A DNA stretch of 64,000 nt from a virus, in the IMG/VR virus record IMGVR_UViG_3300044673_000097, positions 21,380 through 85,379 of that record, one strand, 5' to 3'. The notes under the pieces are model-generated. The model was not told the origin of the DNA and ran no database searches. It saw nothing but the letters and a program-made list of their open reading frames with translations. Positions 36,391 through 47,366 of this stretch are shown piece after piece (within the stretch, counting starts at the first letter, position 1; each line of letters begins with the position of its first letter). Made by a program: the position numbers and the translations under genes.

Positions 36391-37357
36391 TTCGCCTCCT
36401 CGAACCCCGCGCAATCGATCTCCGACTCGCCCCACCACCTCGGGTTGACCAGCCCCAGCGGTTTCAGGTTCGGCAGGTTCCGCTCGTCGCAATGGCCCCA
36501 GCCCGGGATCTCGGGGTCGGGTTGGAAGTTTCGGCACTTGGAGCAGCGGACGATGTTCATGGCCGATACCAATCCTGCGGTGAGGTGTTGAACCGAAGGG
36601 CCACGTCGCAATGTTCCGCGAAGGTCATGTCCAAATCGGCAACGCGGAACGGGGTAGCGTCGTCCTTGCCGTGGTAGTGCCCGACGTGGCACACCACCAC
36701 GTGCTCGCCCGAGCAATGCCAAACGGCACCTGCCACGCATTCCTTGATCTGCTTGCGGTGATACCACGTGGCGACGATCTCCTTGCCGTTGATGTCCAGC
36801 AATCCGATCCACGTTTCGCCGTGAGCTTCTAGAAACGCCTCGCGTGCCGCGTCAGACATCTCGCGGTCCACGGCATCGATCGCACCACGAAGGCAGAATC
36901 GGCAAAGTCGGTATGCGCAGAACGAGACGACCGGCGTCAGGCGACCGCCGCAATGGTCGCACATCTCGTGGCGCTTTGCCTCGAATGTGGGAGCGTTCAC
37001 GGCACCCTCCGCACGATCGTTCGCGTGCCCTCGTTGCTCAGGCATTGTGCAAGCAGCTTGCCGTCGCGGGACTCGCACGACGACACCCAATCGTCGCCAC
37101 ACGCCGAGGCACAGGCGGCGCGAACCACGCCCGCTCGCTTCTCGGCCACCGCGCAATCGTGGATTGCCCATGCTCCAAAACCAAAGCAGACGGCCATCAG
37201 CACAGTGAAGCCGGCCGCCGCCCCGATCGCGTTCCAATCCACCTTCCCATTGAAGTCGCGAATCACTCTGACCTCCCGCGTTCGCTCTCCCACAGCACGG
37301 CGTCGATGAACCTCCACCATGCAATCCACGCCACGATAACCACGCCGATCCAGAATG

Positions 37358-37813
37358 TCATCGGGAGGCATCCGAATTGTTGGGGGTTGAGGTCGATTCT
37401 TCCTCTCGCCAGAACGCGCCGATCTCGCGCTCCAACTCCGGCACGCGCTCCCATTCGTAGTTGCTGTTCTGGCGCCAGAATTGAAGCACGCGCCGCTCCA
37501 CGCTGTTCATCGTCGGGCCGCTCGGACAGCAATCGATGTTCGGCGGGTCGCCCCAGTGGATCTCGTCGCGCGCAATGCTGTCGGCGAGCTTGCTGCGCTT
37601 GCCTACCAAATAGTCGTGGTTGCTGCGGCTCATCGCCACATCGAACTCCCGCTCGCAGTTCTGGCACTCGATCCGAATCAGCGCGCACTCCATGGCGTAG
37701 ATGTCCGCCGTCTCGCGCGGGCTGAACTCGCTCCATCGCGGCACGGCGTTTTCGTCCCACCACTTCGGCGGGTCTGCGATGCGTCCTCGGATGTCGGCGT
37801 AATGGTGGTTCAT
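37358..37813 (-). CDS. Conserved-looking phage hypothetical protein
   Basis: P.WWDENAVPR, CQNC and HWGDPP motifs; coupled to ruvC. Confidence 0.55.
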   Translation of the reverse strand: MNHHYADIRGRIADPPKWWDENAVPRWSEFSPRETADIYAMECALIRIECQNCEREFDVAMSRSNHDYLVGKRSKLADSIARDEIHWGDPPNIDCCPSGPTMNSVERRVLQFWRQNSNYEWERVPELEREIGAFWREEESTSTPNNSDASR

Positions 37814-38304
37814 GATGCGGCCTTTCTCGCCAGAAGTTTTCGCCCCACGAAGATGCCTAGCCCGCACGCGTCGCGCACGTGCGGATTGCTCCGCTTCGGC
37901 ATGTCTGCCACGTGCTGAATCTCGACGAGCGCGTGTTCGATCTGCTTGTCCTTGGCGGTCGGCGTTCCCGTGATCGTCTTGCGCCAGTCATACGACGACG
38001 CAGGCACGACCTCGCACGAGCACTTCGCCGACAGCCAGCCGCGAATGATGCCCGCCGATTGCGACGACTGCACCATCTGCTGAGCCTGCGCTGGCCCCAC
38101 GTACTTGCGCGCGAAGTCCTCGATCGCGATGGCGCGGGCGATGTGCTCGACGCCAATGGCGGCGAGTTCGCCGGCGCAGTCAATCTCGCCACCGTCGGCA
38201 AGCTCGATCGTTCCGGCAGCGACCCATCGCGCGTCATGTTCTGCGACATCGACCACGCACCAGCCAATGTGCTTGCCCGGGTCGATTGCGAGGATGCGGA
38301 TCAT
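37810..38304 (-). CDS. ruvC: RuvC-like Holliday junction resolvase
   Basis: ILAIDPG..GW, AIED, WRK.ITG...AKDKQI and H.RDA motifs. Confidence 0.85.
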   Translation of the reverse strand: MIRILAIDPGKHIGWCVVDVAEHDARWVAAGTIELADGGEIDCAGELAAIGVEHIARAIAIEDFARKYVGPAQAQQMVQSSQSAGIIRGWLSAKCSCEVVPASSYDWRKTITGTPTAKDKQIEHALVEIQHVADMPKRSNPHVRDACGLGIFVGRKLLARKAAS

Positions 38305-39713
38305 GATTCCGCCCCGTCGTCTTCCCGCTCCTTCGGCGGCTCGTCATCCTTGGGCGGGTCGATCCTGTATTGGCTCCCGATGAACTCCAACTTCACCACC
38401 GTCGCCTCCTCGCCTCGAATCTTCGGCATGATGACCTCGAGCACGTTGTCGCGCTGATAGCCGGGGTCGTTGTAGTGGTAATGGTCCTCGCGATATAGCA
38501 GCAGCGTCGCATCGGCGAATTCCTCGAAGGCTCCCGTCTCTTTCAGGTCGGAGATCTGCGGACGCTTGTCCTTGACCGTGCGAGCCTCAAGCGCGCGGTT
38601 CATCTGCGCCAGTGCAATCACGCACAGGTTGTGCGTCTTCGCGATGTTCTTGAAGTGCTCGATGATTCCGTTGAGCTGATCCCGTCGAGGCTGCCTCTCG
38701 TTCGTTCCATGCACGAGCAGCGTGTGATCGATGACGACCGCGAACAGGTTGTCGTGCTCCTTGATGTGCGCGACGATGCGCCGCTCGATCTCCGCCGACG
38801 TGAGCCCAGTCGCCTCGTCGAAGTGCAGCGGGATCTTCGCCATGTCGCCCGCGGCCTTCGTGAGCGCGGACCAGTGCGACGTGAATACCTTCTTCGCTTT
38901 GAGCCGCCACACGCCCACCTGAGCCCGGCAGAACAGCGCTCGCACAATCTGCTCGTCGTTGGTCATCTCGAGCGTGAAGTACAGGACGCCTTGCCCCGCC
39001 TCGGCGAATCGGAGCGCGAGGTTCAGAGCAGCGACCGACTTGCCCATTCCAGACCTGGCGCCGATGACGTACATGCACTTGCGCTTGAATCCATTGAGCG
39101 CGTAGTCGAGGCGCCGATACCCGGATGCCATGCCTTCGAGCTCGTCGCCGCGCTCGATGCGACACCTGATAGCCTCGAATGCTGTTCGGATGCCTTCCTT
39201 GATTCCGGTCTTCGTCGAGATTCCCTTGGACGGCTGCTTGAGCAACGTCTCCAGCGTGGTGTCGGCCCGCTCGGCGTTCGGGACCGTCTCGATCAGCTTG
39301 TCGTAGTAGTCGGCCGGCGGGTCGTTGGCTGCGCCGTTCGATCGATATCCGCCTTCGCGCTTCCCCGGAGCGGGAGTGCTGAATTCTGACGCGGCCCACC
39401 TTGCAGCTTCAACCTTGTCGCACTGCCGAAGCTCCATGATCGAATCGACGTTCGTGCGGAATCCGTTGCGACCCATCGACGCACATGACGCATGCAGGCA
39501 CTTCCACCCGCCGCTGACGAAGTCCACGCCGGCATCGGCGCCGCAGTGGGGGCAATGACGAATCTTGCGGCCATCACGCTCGATGCCCAGCCGGTCGCCG
39601 ACGAGCTGCGGATCGATGTCGTTGATGTCCTTCCACATGCCCGGCTCCGACCCGATCGTCGGCGACCTGTGCTGCTGCGGTTCTGCCTGGAGAATGCCGT
39701 CGGCAATGCCCAT
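38301..39713 (-). CDS. dnaB: DnaB-like replicative helicase with N-terminal Zn-binding domain
   Basis: GARSGMGKS, FTLEM, VIDH, LAQMNR, RP.ISDLKETGAFEEFAD motifs; N-terminal CPHC...CLHASC. Confidence 0.9.
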   Translation of the reverse strand: MGIADGILQAEPQQHRSPTIGSEPGMWKDINDIDPQLVGDRLGIERDGRKIRHCPHCGADAGVDFVSGGWKCLHASCASMGRNGFRTNVDSIMELRQCDKVEAARWAASEFSTPAPGKREGGYRSNGAANDPPADYYDKLIETVPNAERADTTLETLLKQPSKGISTKTGIKEGIRTAFEAIRCRIERGDELEGMASGYRRLDYALNGFKRKCMYVIGARSGMGKSVAALNLALRFAEAGQGVLYFTLEMTNDEQIVRALFCRAQVGVWRLKAKKVFTSHWSALTKAAGDMAKIPLHFDEATGLTSAEIERRIVAHIKEHDNLFAVVIDHTLLVHGTNERQPRRDQLNGIIEHFKNIAKTHNLCVIALAQMNRALEARTVKDKRPQISDLKETGAFEEFADATLLLYREDHYHYNDPGYQRDNVLEVIMPKIRGEEATVVKLEFIGSQYRIDPPKDDEPPKEREDDGAES

Positions 39714-40435
39714 CACAGAGCCTCGATTGGAATGCGCCGCACGATCGGCCGGCAAGAAAAGAACGTCCCGCGGTGCGGGCGCTCCCGGCAGTCGACGCCC
39801 TTGCGCTTGCGGGTCCCGAACGCCGGGCACAAGCGCGCGGGATTGCACACGGTAGCGTCGACCTTCACACGGGGCGTGTTGAACTTTACAGCCATTGCCT
39901 TCAGGAACCGCTCGATTCGCTTGCGCGTGTCATCGCTCGGCATGACGGGCTTGAGCGCGACGAACAGCGAATAGCCGTTGCCCGAATCGCCACGCCCAAG
40001 GCACTCGTCGCCACCCAGCGCCGTCGCCAGAAACTCCTCGCACGCTTTGCTCACGTCATAGGCCGCCGCCTTCTCCCCATCCGTCGAGCTGATATCGCGC
40101 GGGCGCACGCAATCGAAGTCGAGGTAGACCGCCACAACCTGCGTCACGTCATTGTCGCTCGCCCTCGACGCAAACGGCGTCCACTTGCCCTCTCCGATGC
40201 GAGCATACAGGCCGTCGTGGATTCGGTTGAATACGGTGTAGACGCCCGACACGTCCGAGCGGGAATCCGCATCGCGCATCAGCCGAATGTGGTCGGCCTC
40301 GGTGCGAGCATACGCAACCGAAACCTTCTTGCGGGAATCGAACAGGGTGAGCTCGACGGTATCGGCGGGGCCAACGACCATAAAGCGCCGGAACAGCGCG
40401 GCGTTGATCTCGGTGCTCCCGTTGTCGTCAATCAT
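39713..40435 (-). CDS. Primase-polymerase (AEP/RepB-like) domain protein
   Basis: Y..FN, YLDFD, DSGNG and VD.TV.NPARL...GT..RKG motifs. Confidence 0.7.
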   Translation of the reverse strand: MIDDNGSTEINAALFRRFMVVGPADTVELTLFDSRKKVSVAYARTEADHIRLMRDADSRSDVSGVYTVFNRIHDGLYARIGEGKWTPFASRASDNDVTQVVAVYLDFDCVRPRDISSTDGEKAAAYDVSKACEEFLATALGGDECLGRGDSGNGYSLFVALKPVMPSDDTRKRIERFLKAMAVKFNTPRVKVDATVCNPARLCPAFGTRKRKGVDCRERPHRGTFFSCRPIVRRIPIEAL

Positions 40436-41444
40436 CGAAACCTCCAGCCCAGAACGGGTCGGTCGTGCTGGCCTTTCGGCCGGTTGCCGCCACGAGCAGT
40501 TCGTCGATCCGCTCGGCGGTGATCTCGACGAGTTCCTCGCCGGGCGGGTCGGGCTCGGGTTCGGGTTCGGGAATCCAATGCCCCGGCTCGTCGTCGGGCA
40601 ATGCCGGCGGTGAATCGACAAGCGCGATCGCCTTGTCGATGTGCTCGGCGTCCCTGAACACAAGGTCGACACCGACGTAGCGCTTGCCGTTCGTGCGAGG
40701 GTCTCTCCCCATGCGCCAGTCGTCGAGCAGGGTCCCGTCAACGGCCAGCCGCAACTCCTCGACGGAGTAGGTCTTGAGAGCGCGAGCGATGACGGCCCGG
40801 CGCTTGTCGTCGAGCTTGGCCTTGGGCGCTAGGTGCGCGCGCCAGTAGTCGAACACGAGCTCGACGGGCGACGGCTGGGCGGGCTTGCTCGCCACGGGCA
40901 GCGGCAAGGGCAGGTCGGCAGGCGTGACCTGCCTTCGACCCGATGACGGGGCCGCAGTCGAGTTGTCGCAACTCGACAGATCAATGGTCGGGGTCGGAGG
41001 TCCAGATCGGAGGTCGGAGGTCAGGCGCGAGGGTCTCGGCCAATCCCCGAGAGTCTCGCGAGGGTCTCGCGAGGGTCTCGCGAGGGTTTGCGTTTCTGGT
41101 TCTTTTTCGGCTAGTTCCGGGCCAGGGACTCGGGGCTTGGACGGGTGATCGATCCTCTGGTGCTTGTCCCAACCTCGGACGTGCCCGTATGGTTGGGAGG
41201 ACACCCGATAAAGGGTCACCAGACCCACGTCCGAGAGTCTCGCGAGGATCTCGCGAGGGTCTCGCGAGGGTGTCGCACACCAGAATACCTGCCCAAGAAG
41301 CCACGTCGGGTTCGCCCGAAAGTTGCCGTGGTCGTCGGCGAGCAGGAGCAGCCCGACGAACAGCCGGAACTCGTCATCCTTGAGCGATGCCGTCTTTTCG
41401 TCTTCGAGCAGCTCGGGCTTGATGGTCCGAATGCGTCCGCTCAT
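40428..41444 (-). CDS. Replication initiator (lambda O-like position)
   Basis: RIRTIKPE, ADDHG, W.KHQRI..P N-terminal domain; VFDYW C-terminal domain; internal iterons. Confidence 0.8.
   Translation of the reverse strand: MSGRIRTIKPELLEDEKTASLKDDEFRLFVGLLLLADDHGNFRANPTWLLGQVFWCATPSRDPREILARLSDVGLVTLYRVSSQPYGHVRGWDKHQRIDHPSKPRVPGPELAEKEPETQTLARPSRDPRETLGDWPRPSRLTSDLRSGPPTPTIDLSSCDNSTAAPSSGRRQVTPADLPLPLPVASKPAQPSPVELVFDYWRAHLAPKAKLDDKRRAVIARALKTYSVEELRLAVDGTLLDDWRMGRDPRTNGKRYVGVDLVFRDAEHIDKAIALVDSPPALPDDEPGHWIPEPEPEPDPPGEELVEITAERIDELLVAATGRKASTTDPFWAGGFDD
41053..41269. repeat. Replication-origin iterons: two triplets of 11-bp (G/A)TCTCGCGAGG
   Basis: Tandem units at 41053-41085 and 41237-41269 with palindromic core CTCGCGAG; T-rich stretch about 41093-41108. 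Confidence 0.7.
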
Positions 41445-41929
41445 TTCTCCGGCCTGATCCCGTCAATGGTTCGGATGCTCGCCCGAAGGATCGCTGCCGC
41501 GAGTCGAAGCGGCACGGGTCGCTCCTTCAGCCCCAAGTTGCATTCGTCGCAAAGGGCGGCCAGGTTCTCGTCGTCGTTCAATTCGGCGTCGGTCAACCCG
41601 CAATCCATGCCCACGGCGACGCTGAGCAGATGCCCGACGTGCAGTGGCTTGTCGTAGGAGTGGCAGATGGCGCACGCCTTACCGTCGCGCATGAAGACGC
41701 GGGCGCGCTGCTTCGGGCTGATGCCATTGTGCACGGTGGTCACGGTGCGAACGGCGCGGCCCGTTTCGACACGCGGGGCGTTGTACTGGAACTTGCCGCA
41801 TTCGCAGAATACGCAATCCTGGACGCCGCGGGTATCGACGCGCCCCGATGTGCTTCCGCAGAAGCGACACGGAGCGCGCATGCGGTATGCGGCGTCAACG
41901 TTGGCAAAGGGCAATGCCTCGTTGATCAC
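41441..41929 (-). CDS. HNH endonuclease (NinG/McrA-like)
   Basis: VFMRDG..CAIC, LHVGH, ENLAALCDECN motifs. Confidence 0.75.
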   Translation of the reverse strand: MINEALPFANVDAAYRMRAPCRFCGSTSGRVDTRGVQDCVFCECGKFQYNAPRVETGRAVRTVTTVHNGISPKQRARVFMRDGKACAICHSYDKPLHVGHLLSVAVGMDCGLTDAELNDDENLAALCDECNLGLKERPVPLRLAAAILRASIRTIDGIRPEK

Positions 41930-41974
41930 TCCCCACCTCCAATCTTGGCCGCGTTGAGCTCGTGAACGCTCACC

Positions 41975-42002
41975 TTGACACGCGGGCCAGTCACACTATC
42001 AT
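41975..42002 (+). promoter_or_regulatory. Near-consensus sigma70 promoter antisense to the replication operon
   Basis: TTGACA-16-TATCAT. Confidence 0.45.
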
Positions 42003-43242
42003 GGCACATGTCGAATCGCTCCTTTCGGTTCGGCCGGGCCCCGGGCGCTCCAACGCCGCGGGGCCGTTTGCAATGTGCGCACGAATCCGCCCGCCGCAAA
42101 TGGAATCGGCATTCATCGCTTCACCATCTCAAGCAGGCTGATACGGTTCTTTCGGGTCATGCACCGCAGCTCGTGGACCCGTCGTGGAGGCATCGCCACG
42201 CGCGCTGGCTGACGCATGACGGGCTCGGGCAACTCTCCCCGGGCCAATTCCCGTGAGCGACCCACGGCCTCGTAGCGGGCCTGCCAGGCGCGAAGATCCC
42301 ACATGCGCTTGGTCTCAGGCGGCGGAGCTGGGACGTTGATGACCCAGTAATCGCTGACCGCCGTGCAGTCGTCGAGAAAGGTGACGGCGGGGCCATTGGA
42401 CCACGGCGGCACATACCGATTGGGCTCGAATCCGGAGACAGCGATCATCGTCCCATCTCCTTCCGCCTCTCATCGCGCCACATGAGCCAGCGGGCGAGGC
42501 GTTGGATCGCCTTGATGCGATAGGCACGTCGCACTGGGTCGGGGATTGGCTCGTGATACCCATCGCCGAGCGGGTCATACACCGTGGCGTGTTCTCGGCA
42601 GTAGATGAGCCCGCCGTCGCCGGACCTGCACATGCACGGGTGCTTGGCCTTCCAAGCCTGCCATGCCGCGTCGAGGTACGCCTTGCGCTTCGTGAGCCGA
42701 GGCTTGCGGCCGACCGACGAGCGCCATACGGGTTGGAGCTTGCATTCGATGGTGATCATTGCCCCCACTCCCCGCTGTGATCGACCACGTCCGGAATCGG
42801 CGGCGCTGCGTGGGCGGGTCGAATCTCGACGCCGTTGAACCACCACTTGCCGTCGCGCTCGTCCATGTGGATTCGCATCAGGCGGAAGTCGTCGTCGTTG
42901 AGGTAGAAGACGCGTGGATACCAGCCGCGCCGAGCGACATCGCTCAGGCCCGCCATGACGGATTCGACGACGCTCATGCTGTCCTCTCGTGTGCCGCGCG
43001 AAGGCCGCACTTGGAGCATTGGGCACCCTCGACGCGCCATGGAAGCCCGGCGCATTCGGCGCACACCTTGCGTTCCCCGCGCATGTCGAGGGAGGCGATG
43101 GGACGAGCTGCCGAATTGCGAAGTCTGCGCCACCTGGAATCGCAGTCCTTGCACTTGCTCTGCAGCCCGTCGACGTTTCCGCTGCACCGGTAGAAGGACG
43201 AGCGTGGCTTGAACTTTCGGCACCACGTGCAGCGCTTCGTGC

Positions 43243-43800
43243 TCATGCCGCTTCCCTCCCGCAATCGAGGACAAGCCAACGACGTTGGGCGACGGCTGAG
43301 AAGACGAACCACGCATAGTCGGCGCTGTCGGTGCCCTTGCCCGTGAACGATGGGCGACGCGGCAATACGTGCACGTCGCTTGGGTGCGCCCGATGAAAGG
43401 CCGCCCGCTTCTGTCCGGCCATCCATGCGAGTCGCAGGAGGAAGCAAACCTCGCCTCCGGGACGGACCTCACGCAATGCCCGTTCAAGGAACTCCATCGC
43501 CAGCGAGAATGGCGGGTTGGCGATGATGAGATCCGGCCGACCCCAGTGCTCCGTGGCAAGGGCGTCCCGCACAGTGCCCCACTCGCACCCGCGATCCTCG
43601 ATGTCGAACCCTCGCAGAATCGCCTCGGGCCAACGCTCACGGCAGACGCGCAGGATTGCCCCGTCACCGCATCCGGGGTCGAGGATGATGGGAGCGCTGA
43701 ACCCGGGCCGAAGATGCGGCAGGATGGCAGCGGTCGCCCACGCTGGGGTCCTGTAGTAGTCGTCAGCGTTTCGGGTTGCCCCTCGGTTCGTGCTGCTCAT
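43243..43800 (-). CDS. Small N6-adenine/N4-cytosine DNA methyltransferase
   Basis: DYYRTP, LDPGCGDG (SAM-binding) and IANPPF (catalytic) motifs. Confidence 0.85.
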   Translation of the reverse strand: MSSTNRGATRNADDYYRTPAWATAAILPHLRPGFSAPIILDPGCGDGAILRVCRERWPEAILRGFDIEDRGCEWGTVRDALATEHWGRPDLIIANPPFSLAMEFLERALREVRPGGEVCFLLRLAWMAGQKRAAFHRAHPSDVHVLPRRPSFTGKGTDSADYAWFVFSAVAQRRWLVLDCGREAA

Positions 43801-44606
43801 CTCCCCATCTCCTCTGCAAGCGCGAGCCATTCGGCCCGGTACGGCGTGTTCGGTCCAACGCCCGCCCTGATCTCCCGCCAGATCAATTCGCGATCCTCGC
43901 GTCGTAGTTCGTGGGCCTGCGCGCGAAGGATCTCCATCATCTCGCCGGGCGCATACGAGCCGCGTCCGAGCGTGTAGCGGAAGGCGTAGATCAGCAGCGA
44001 GCGCAGGTGGTCGATTTGGACGGTGGGCATCACAGTTCCTCCGCAGGCTGGTGAGCGGGCGTCGATTCGGCTGGCTCCCCGTGGACGACGACGCGGTAGA
44101 TCCCATATTCGGCCATGCCGAAGGGCCTTGCCTTGCACACGAGGCCGGACAGGATGCGTGCCACGTCCTCGGACATCTCGAGCACGAGCACCCCGTGGTC
44201 GTTCCAAAGTTGAAGCGGAACGATCATTCTGGTGCCTCGACGGATGCCGGCTTTTCAGCCCACTTGCCAGTGGCTCCGCACCGGGGGCAATCGCGTGTCT
44301 TCGTGCCGGTGTCCTTGTTCCAACTCACGAACAGTTGCCCGTCGCCGCTGCACTTCGGGCACACGTCGTGATCTTTGCACCACGACTCCCACCACGCATG
44401 GTGCTCCTCGATACCGATGACGAACTTGCGCCTGCCATCGGTGCCGTATTTCGGTTCGCCATTGCGTGGCCCGCTCTTGTAGACTCCGGTCGGAGCGCTC
44501 ATCTCGACCATGAATGCTTGGTCTTCGATGCGCTCGAACTTGCGAGCGGACCATTCGTCGGACAGCCCAAGCCTTTCGCGAGCGTGGATTTCGAGAGCGT
44601 TGTGCC

Positions 44607-45503
44607 TCACGACGCCACCTCGGATTCCGCGGGCGCCTTCTTGCCCTTCTTCTTGCCGCTCGGTTTGGCCACGACGGTTTCGGCACCGCCGTTGACCGAA
44701 ACGGACAGCGTCATGTCGTGTTCGTCGGCGAGCCTCTGGAATCTCTCGACGGCTTTCTCCATTCCTTCGGTGCCCGGGATTGCGGTCTGGCGCACGTCCT
44801 CGGACACGAGCACTTCTCCCGTGTCGAGCCGCACGACCTGCCGCGTCTTGCCGTCGCTCGTAACTTCCTCGACGCATTCGACGGCGCCTCCGAGCGCAAC
44901 GGGCATCAGGATGACGGACAAGTCTTCGGACATCGGGCACGTGACGAGCACGGGCGCTCGGTCGGTCGGCCCGAAAGACATCTGCAACGTCGGCTCGGGC
45001 CCGGGGTCTTCGGGCGCTGCCTTGCGGAATGCCTGCGCGATCTTCGCGAGGAACTTGGAATTGACCGCGACGGCTTCGAGCATTCCGCGCGTGGTACCGG
45101 TGACGAGCGATTCGATGTCGGGGCCAAGCTCAGCCATCGTCGGCAGGCGAACCGACCACTTCGAGCATTCGATCTCGAACTTGCCAGCGGTCAGCTCGAC
45201 GGTGAGCGGGTCGTCATCGTCGGAATCCTCGTCGGGCTTCTTGGGCTTGTCGAGGTCGAGGATGCCGGCGAGGAACTTGGCGTCAGGTTGGGTGATGGCA
45301 ACGCGGTCGATGTCCCCGATGCACCCATCGACGGCCACGAAGACGGCAGCATAGAAGCCGTTGGTGGCAGCGAGGTAGAATCGGTCGGCCTTGTGCCAGA
45401 CCTGCACCTGATAGAGCGGGATGCGCTCGGGCTCGTCGGACGCCGCTTGCAGAACCGAGATGATGCCTCGGAACATGTCGAACTTGCTGATGTCGAATCG
45501 CAT
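44607..45503 (-). CDS. DNA polymerase III beta-clamp-like fragment protein
   Basis: ATNG, VN.KFL and VILMPV resemble clamp motifs; GGAGG RBS. Confidence 0.5.
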   Translation of the reverse strand: MRFDISKFDMFRGIISVLQAASDEPERIPLYQVQVWHKADRFYLAATNGFYAAVFVAVDGCIGDIDRVAITQPDAKFLAGILDLDKPKKPDEDSDDDDPLTVELTAGKFEIECSKWSVRLPTMAELGPDIESLVTGTTRGMLEAVAVNSKFLAKIAQAFRKAAPEDPGPEPTLQMSFGPTDRAPVLVTCPMSEDLSVILMPVALGGAVECVEEVTSDGKTRQVVRLDTGEVLVSEDVRQTAIPGTEGMEKAVERFQRLADEHDMTLSVSVNGGAETVVAKPSGKKKGKKAPAESEVAS

Positions 45504-45525
45504 TGAATTCCACCTCCAGTTGCGG

Positions 45526-46008
45526 TCACGCCACCCATGCGGTGTCGGTCTCGAACCCGACGGGCTTGCCGGCGGGGTATGCTTGGTTGATCTGGTCGAG
45601 TTGCTTGCGCGAGGGGTTGGGCCACATCGTCCGCAGCTTGCATCGGTCGTTGGCTCGCAGGATGAGAGCGCCCCACCACCGATTGGCCTTGGCGAATTGC
45701 GAGGCCTCGACGATCGAAGGGAAGGGCTTGCCGTCCGCGTCGCTGTAATCCTGGCCGTCGTACTGGACGATACAGGGATTCGCGGGGCCGGCCTCGACGG
45801 GTGTGACGTAATCGGAGTTGTCGCGCCACAGGTGCTCGGGGATGCCGATGCGAATGCGGAACACGCGGCGCTCGTTCCGATTGGGACGGCGCTTGCCGGA
45901 TTCGATCTGAAAGAAGTTGTCGGCCCTGACGCCGATCTCACCGGCCGCGCGGATGTGCGTCCAGCCGTTGGTCTTGCGCCAAACTCGAAGCATTTCGTTC
46001 GGTGTCAT
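45526..46008 (-). CDS. XRE-family HTH protein
   Basis: LRVWRK..GWT...AA.EIGV......IESGKRRP. Confidence 0.7.
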   Translation of the reverse strand: MTPNEMLRVWRKTNGWTHIRAAGEIGVRADNFFQIESGKRRPNRNERRVFRIRIGIPEHLWRDNSDYVTPVEAGPANPCIVQYDGQDYSDADGKPFPSIVEASQFAKANRWWGALILRANDRCKLRTMWPNPSRKQLDQINQAYPAGKPVGFETDTAWVA

Positions 46009-46238
46009 GCTGCCTCCATGTTGGTCGGAGCCATCGAGCGAATACGCTTGAGCGCGTCGTGAAGACCGAGCATGCGGATACGAGCCCGAAGGCTGCTTGC
46101 GTGCATTCCAAGAGCGCGAGCGGTGGCGCAGACGTTGCCGCGGTTGTGGCGCAGAAGAAGCAAGATGAGGTACTTCTGCCGTCGCCTGAACCGGCGCCAT
46201 CGCATGAGCACGGCGTGGCCTGTGTCCGCCTTGTTCAC
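46005..46238 (-). CDS. Fis-type HTH protein
   Basis: L.RHNRGNV..TARALGM..SSL..RI..LG. Confidence 0.7.
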   Translation of the reverse strand: MNKADTGHAVLMRWRRFRRRQKYLILLLLRHNRGNVCATARALGMHASSLRARIRMLGLHDALKRIRSMAPTNMEAA

Positions 46239-47366
46239 TTGCCGCCCCGAATTCTCGCGTCACGAGACGCAACCATCGCATCGTACGCGGAATCGAAATG
46301 GGTATCAGCTGGCGCATCATCACCGGGGAGCGACCACCCTGCGGACGGACTCCAGACGGACGCGTGATCCGCGCTCCTGCGGGTGACAATCCACCACCCC
46401 GGCTCGGACCACGATTGCGCCACTTGACGGCGCACGAACACGTCCTCTCCGTCGATGGTTTGCCCTGCGTAATAGGCGGTCGGTTCCATCATATCCTCAC
46501 GATGAGTTCGATCGCGGCGCAGAATCCGACCACGCCAGCGAGCACGAGAATGCCGAGAAGCCAGTGCATCAGGCGGGCCTCCTACGAGGGCAACAACGCC
46601 ACGCGACCACGGACCCAATCGGGTAGCGGTTCGCCGACGAGCACACCAACCGGCTCCCCGACGGGCGAGCCAATGGTGAATTCAATACGGGGGGGGGCTG
46701 AATCGTCGCGGGACCACGACGGGAGCAGTCGATCGTGTGATCGCCTCGCGTCTTGCACCACGGGCAGGGAATGGTCGGGGTGGGCGCCATCAGTTCCTCA
46801 CCTGCGAGCCGTGGCAGTTGACGCCGACGCGCTCGCACGCGCCTTGGAGACGGAGCAGATCGGCGATCGACGGCTGGTTGTCGGCGCGACGAGGCGGCGG
46901 GATCTGAATGTCGACCACCGGCTTCTCGCCGCGGTTCTCAAGCTCAATGTCGATCTGCATGAGGGCGTCGAGCAATCGGTCGGTCGCCCAGTCGATCGCC
47001 TCACCGATGCGCCGAAGGATTGGGGTGGGGAGGTGGCGGATCATGCTCGCAATCCTCGGGTGAGATTCCACGCCTTGGGCGCCATCTTCTCGGCGGCACG
47101 TTGGGCGCCTCGCATTGTCTTGGCGTGCCCGCTCGCCACCTCTTCGTAATCGTCGCGCACGATGCCGACGGTCCAGCGCCACAGGCCGAGCACCTGGTTG
47201 GCGGTGACGTGCAGCTCCAGGGTCTTGTCGGGGTTGTGAGCCCACCGCGAGCCGTCGGTGTCGATGCGCCAATCCCAGGTGAGAGGATAGGGCGCGGGCT
47301 TCGACGGCTCAAGCCGCACATCAAGCTCTACGTGGAAGTCGAGTTCGGTGGGGAAGTCGCCCATCG

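Noticed and set aside
38579-38593. 14/15 match to the 5' end of the array 2 spacer (29812-29847) inside dnaB
   Set aside because: Short and GC-rich, no T-rich PAM, intragenic; plausibly chance, so self-targeting is not claimed
41053-41269. Tandem 11-bp repeats as a CRISPR array
   Set aside because: No spacers; location inside the initiator gene fits iterons
46689-46697. G9 homopolymer as a phase-variation switch in a small ORF
   Set aside because: The current frame already ends in a TGATG coupling to the next ORF; could equally be neutral or a sequencing artefact
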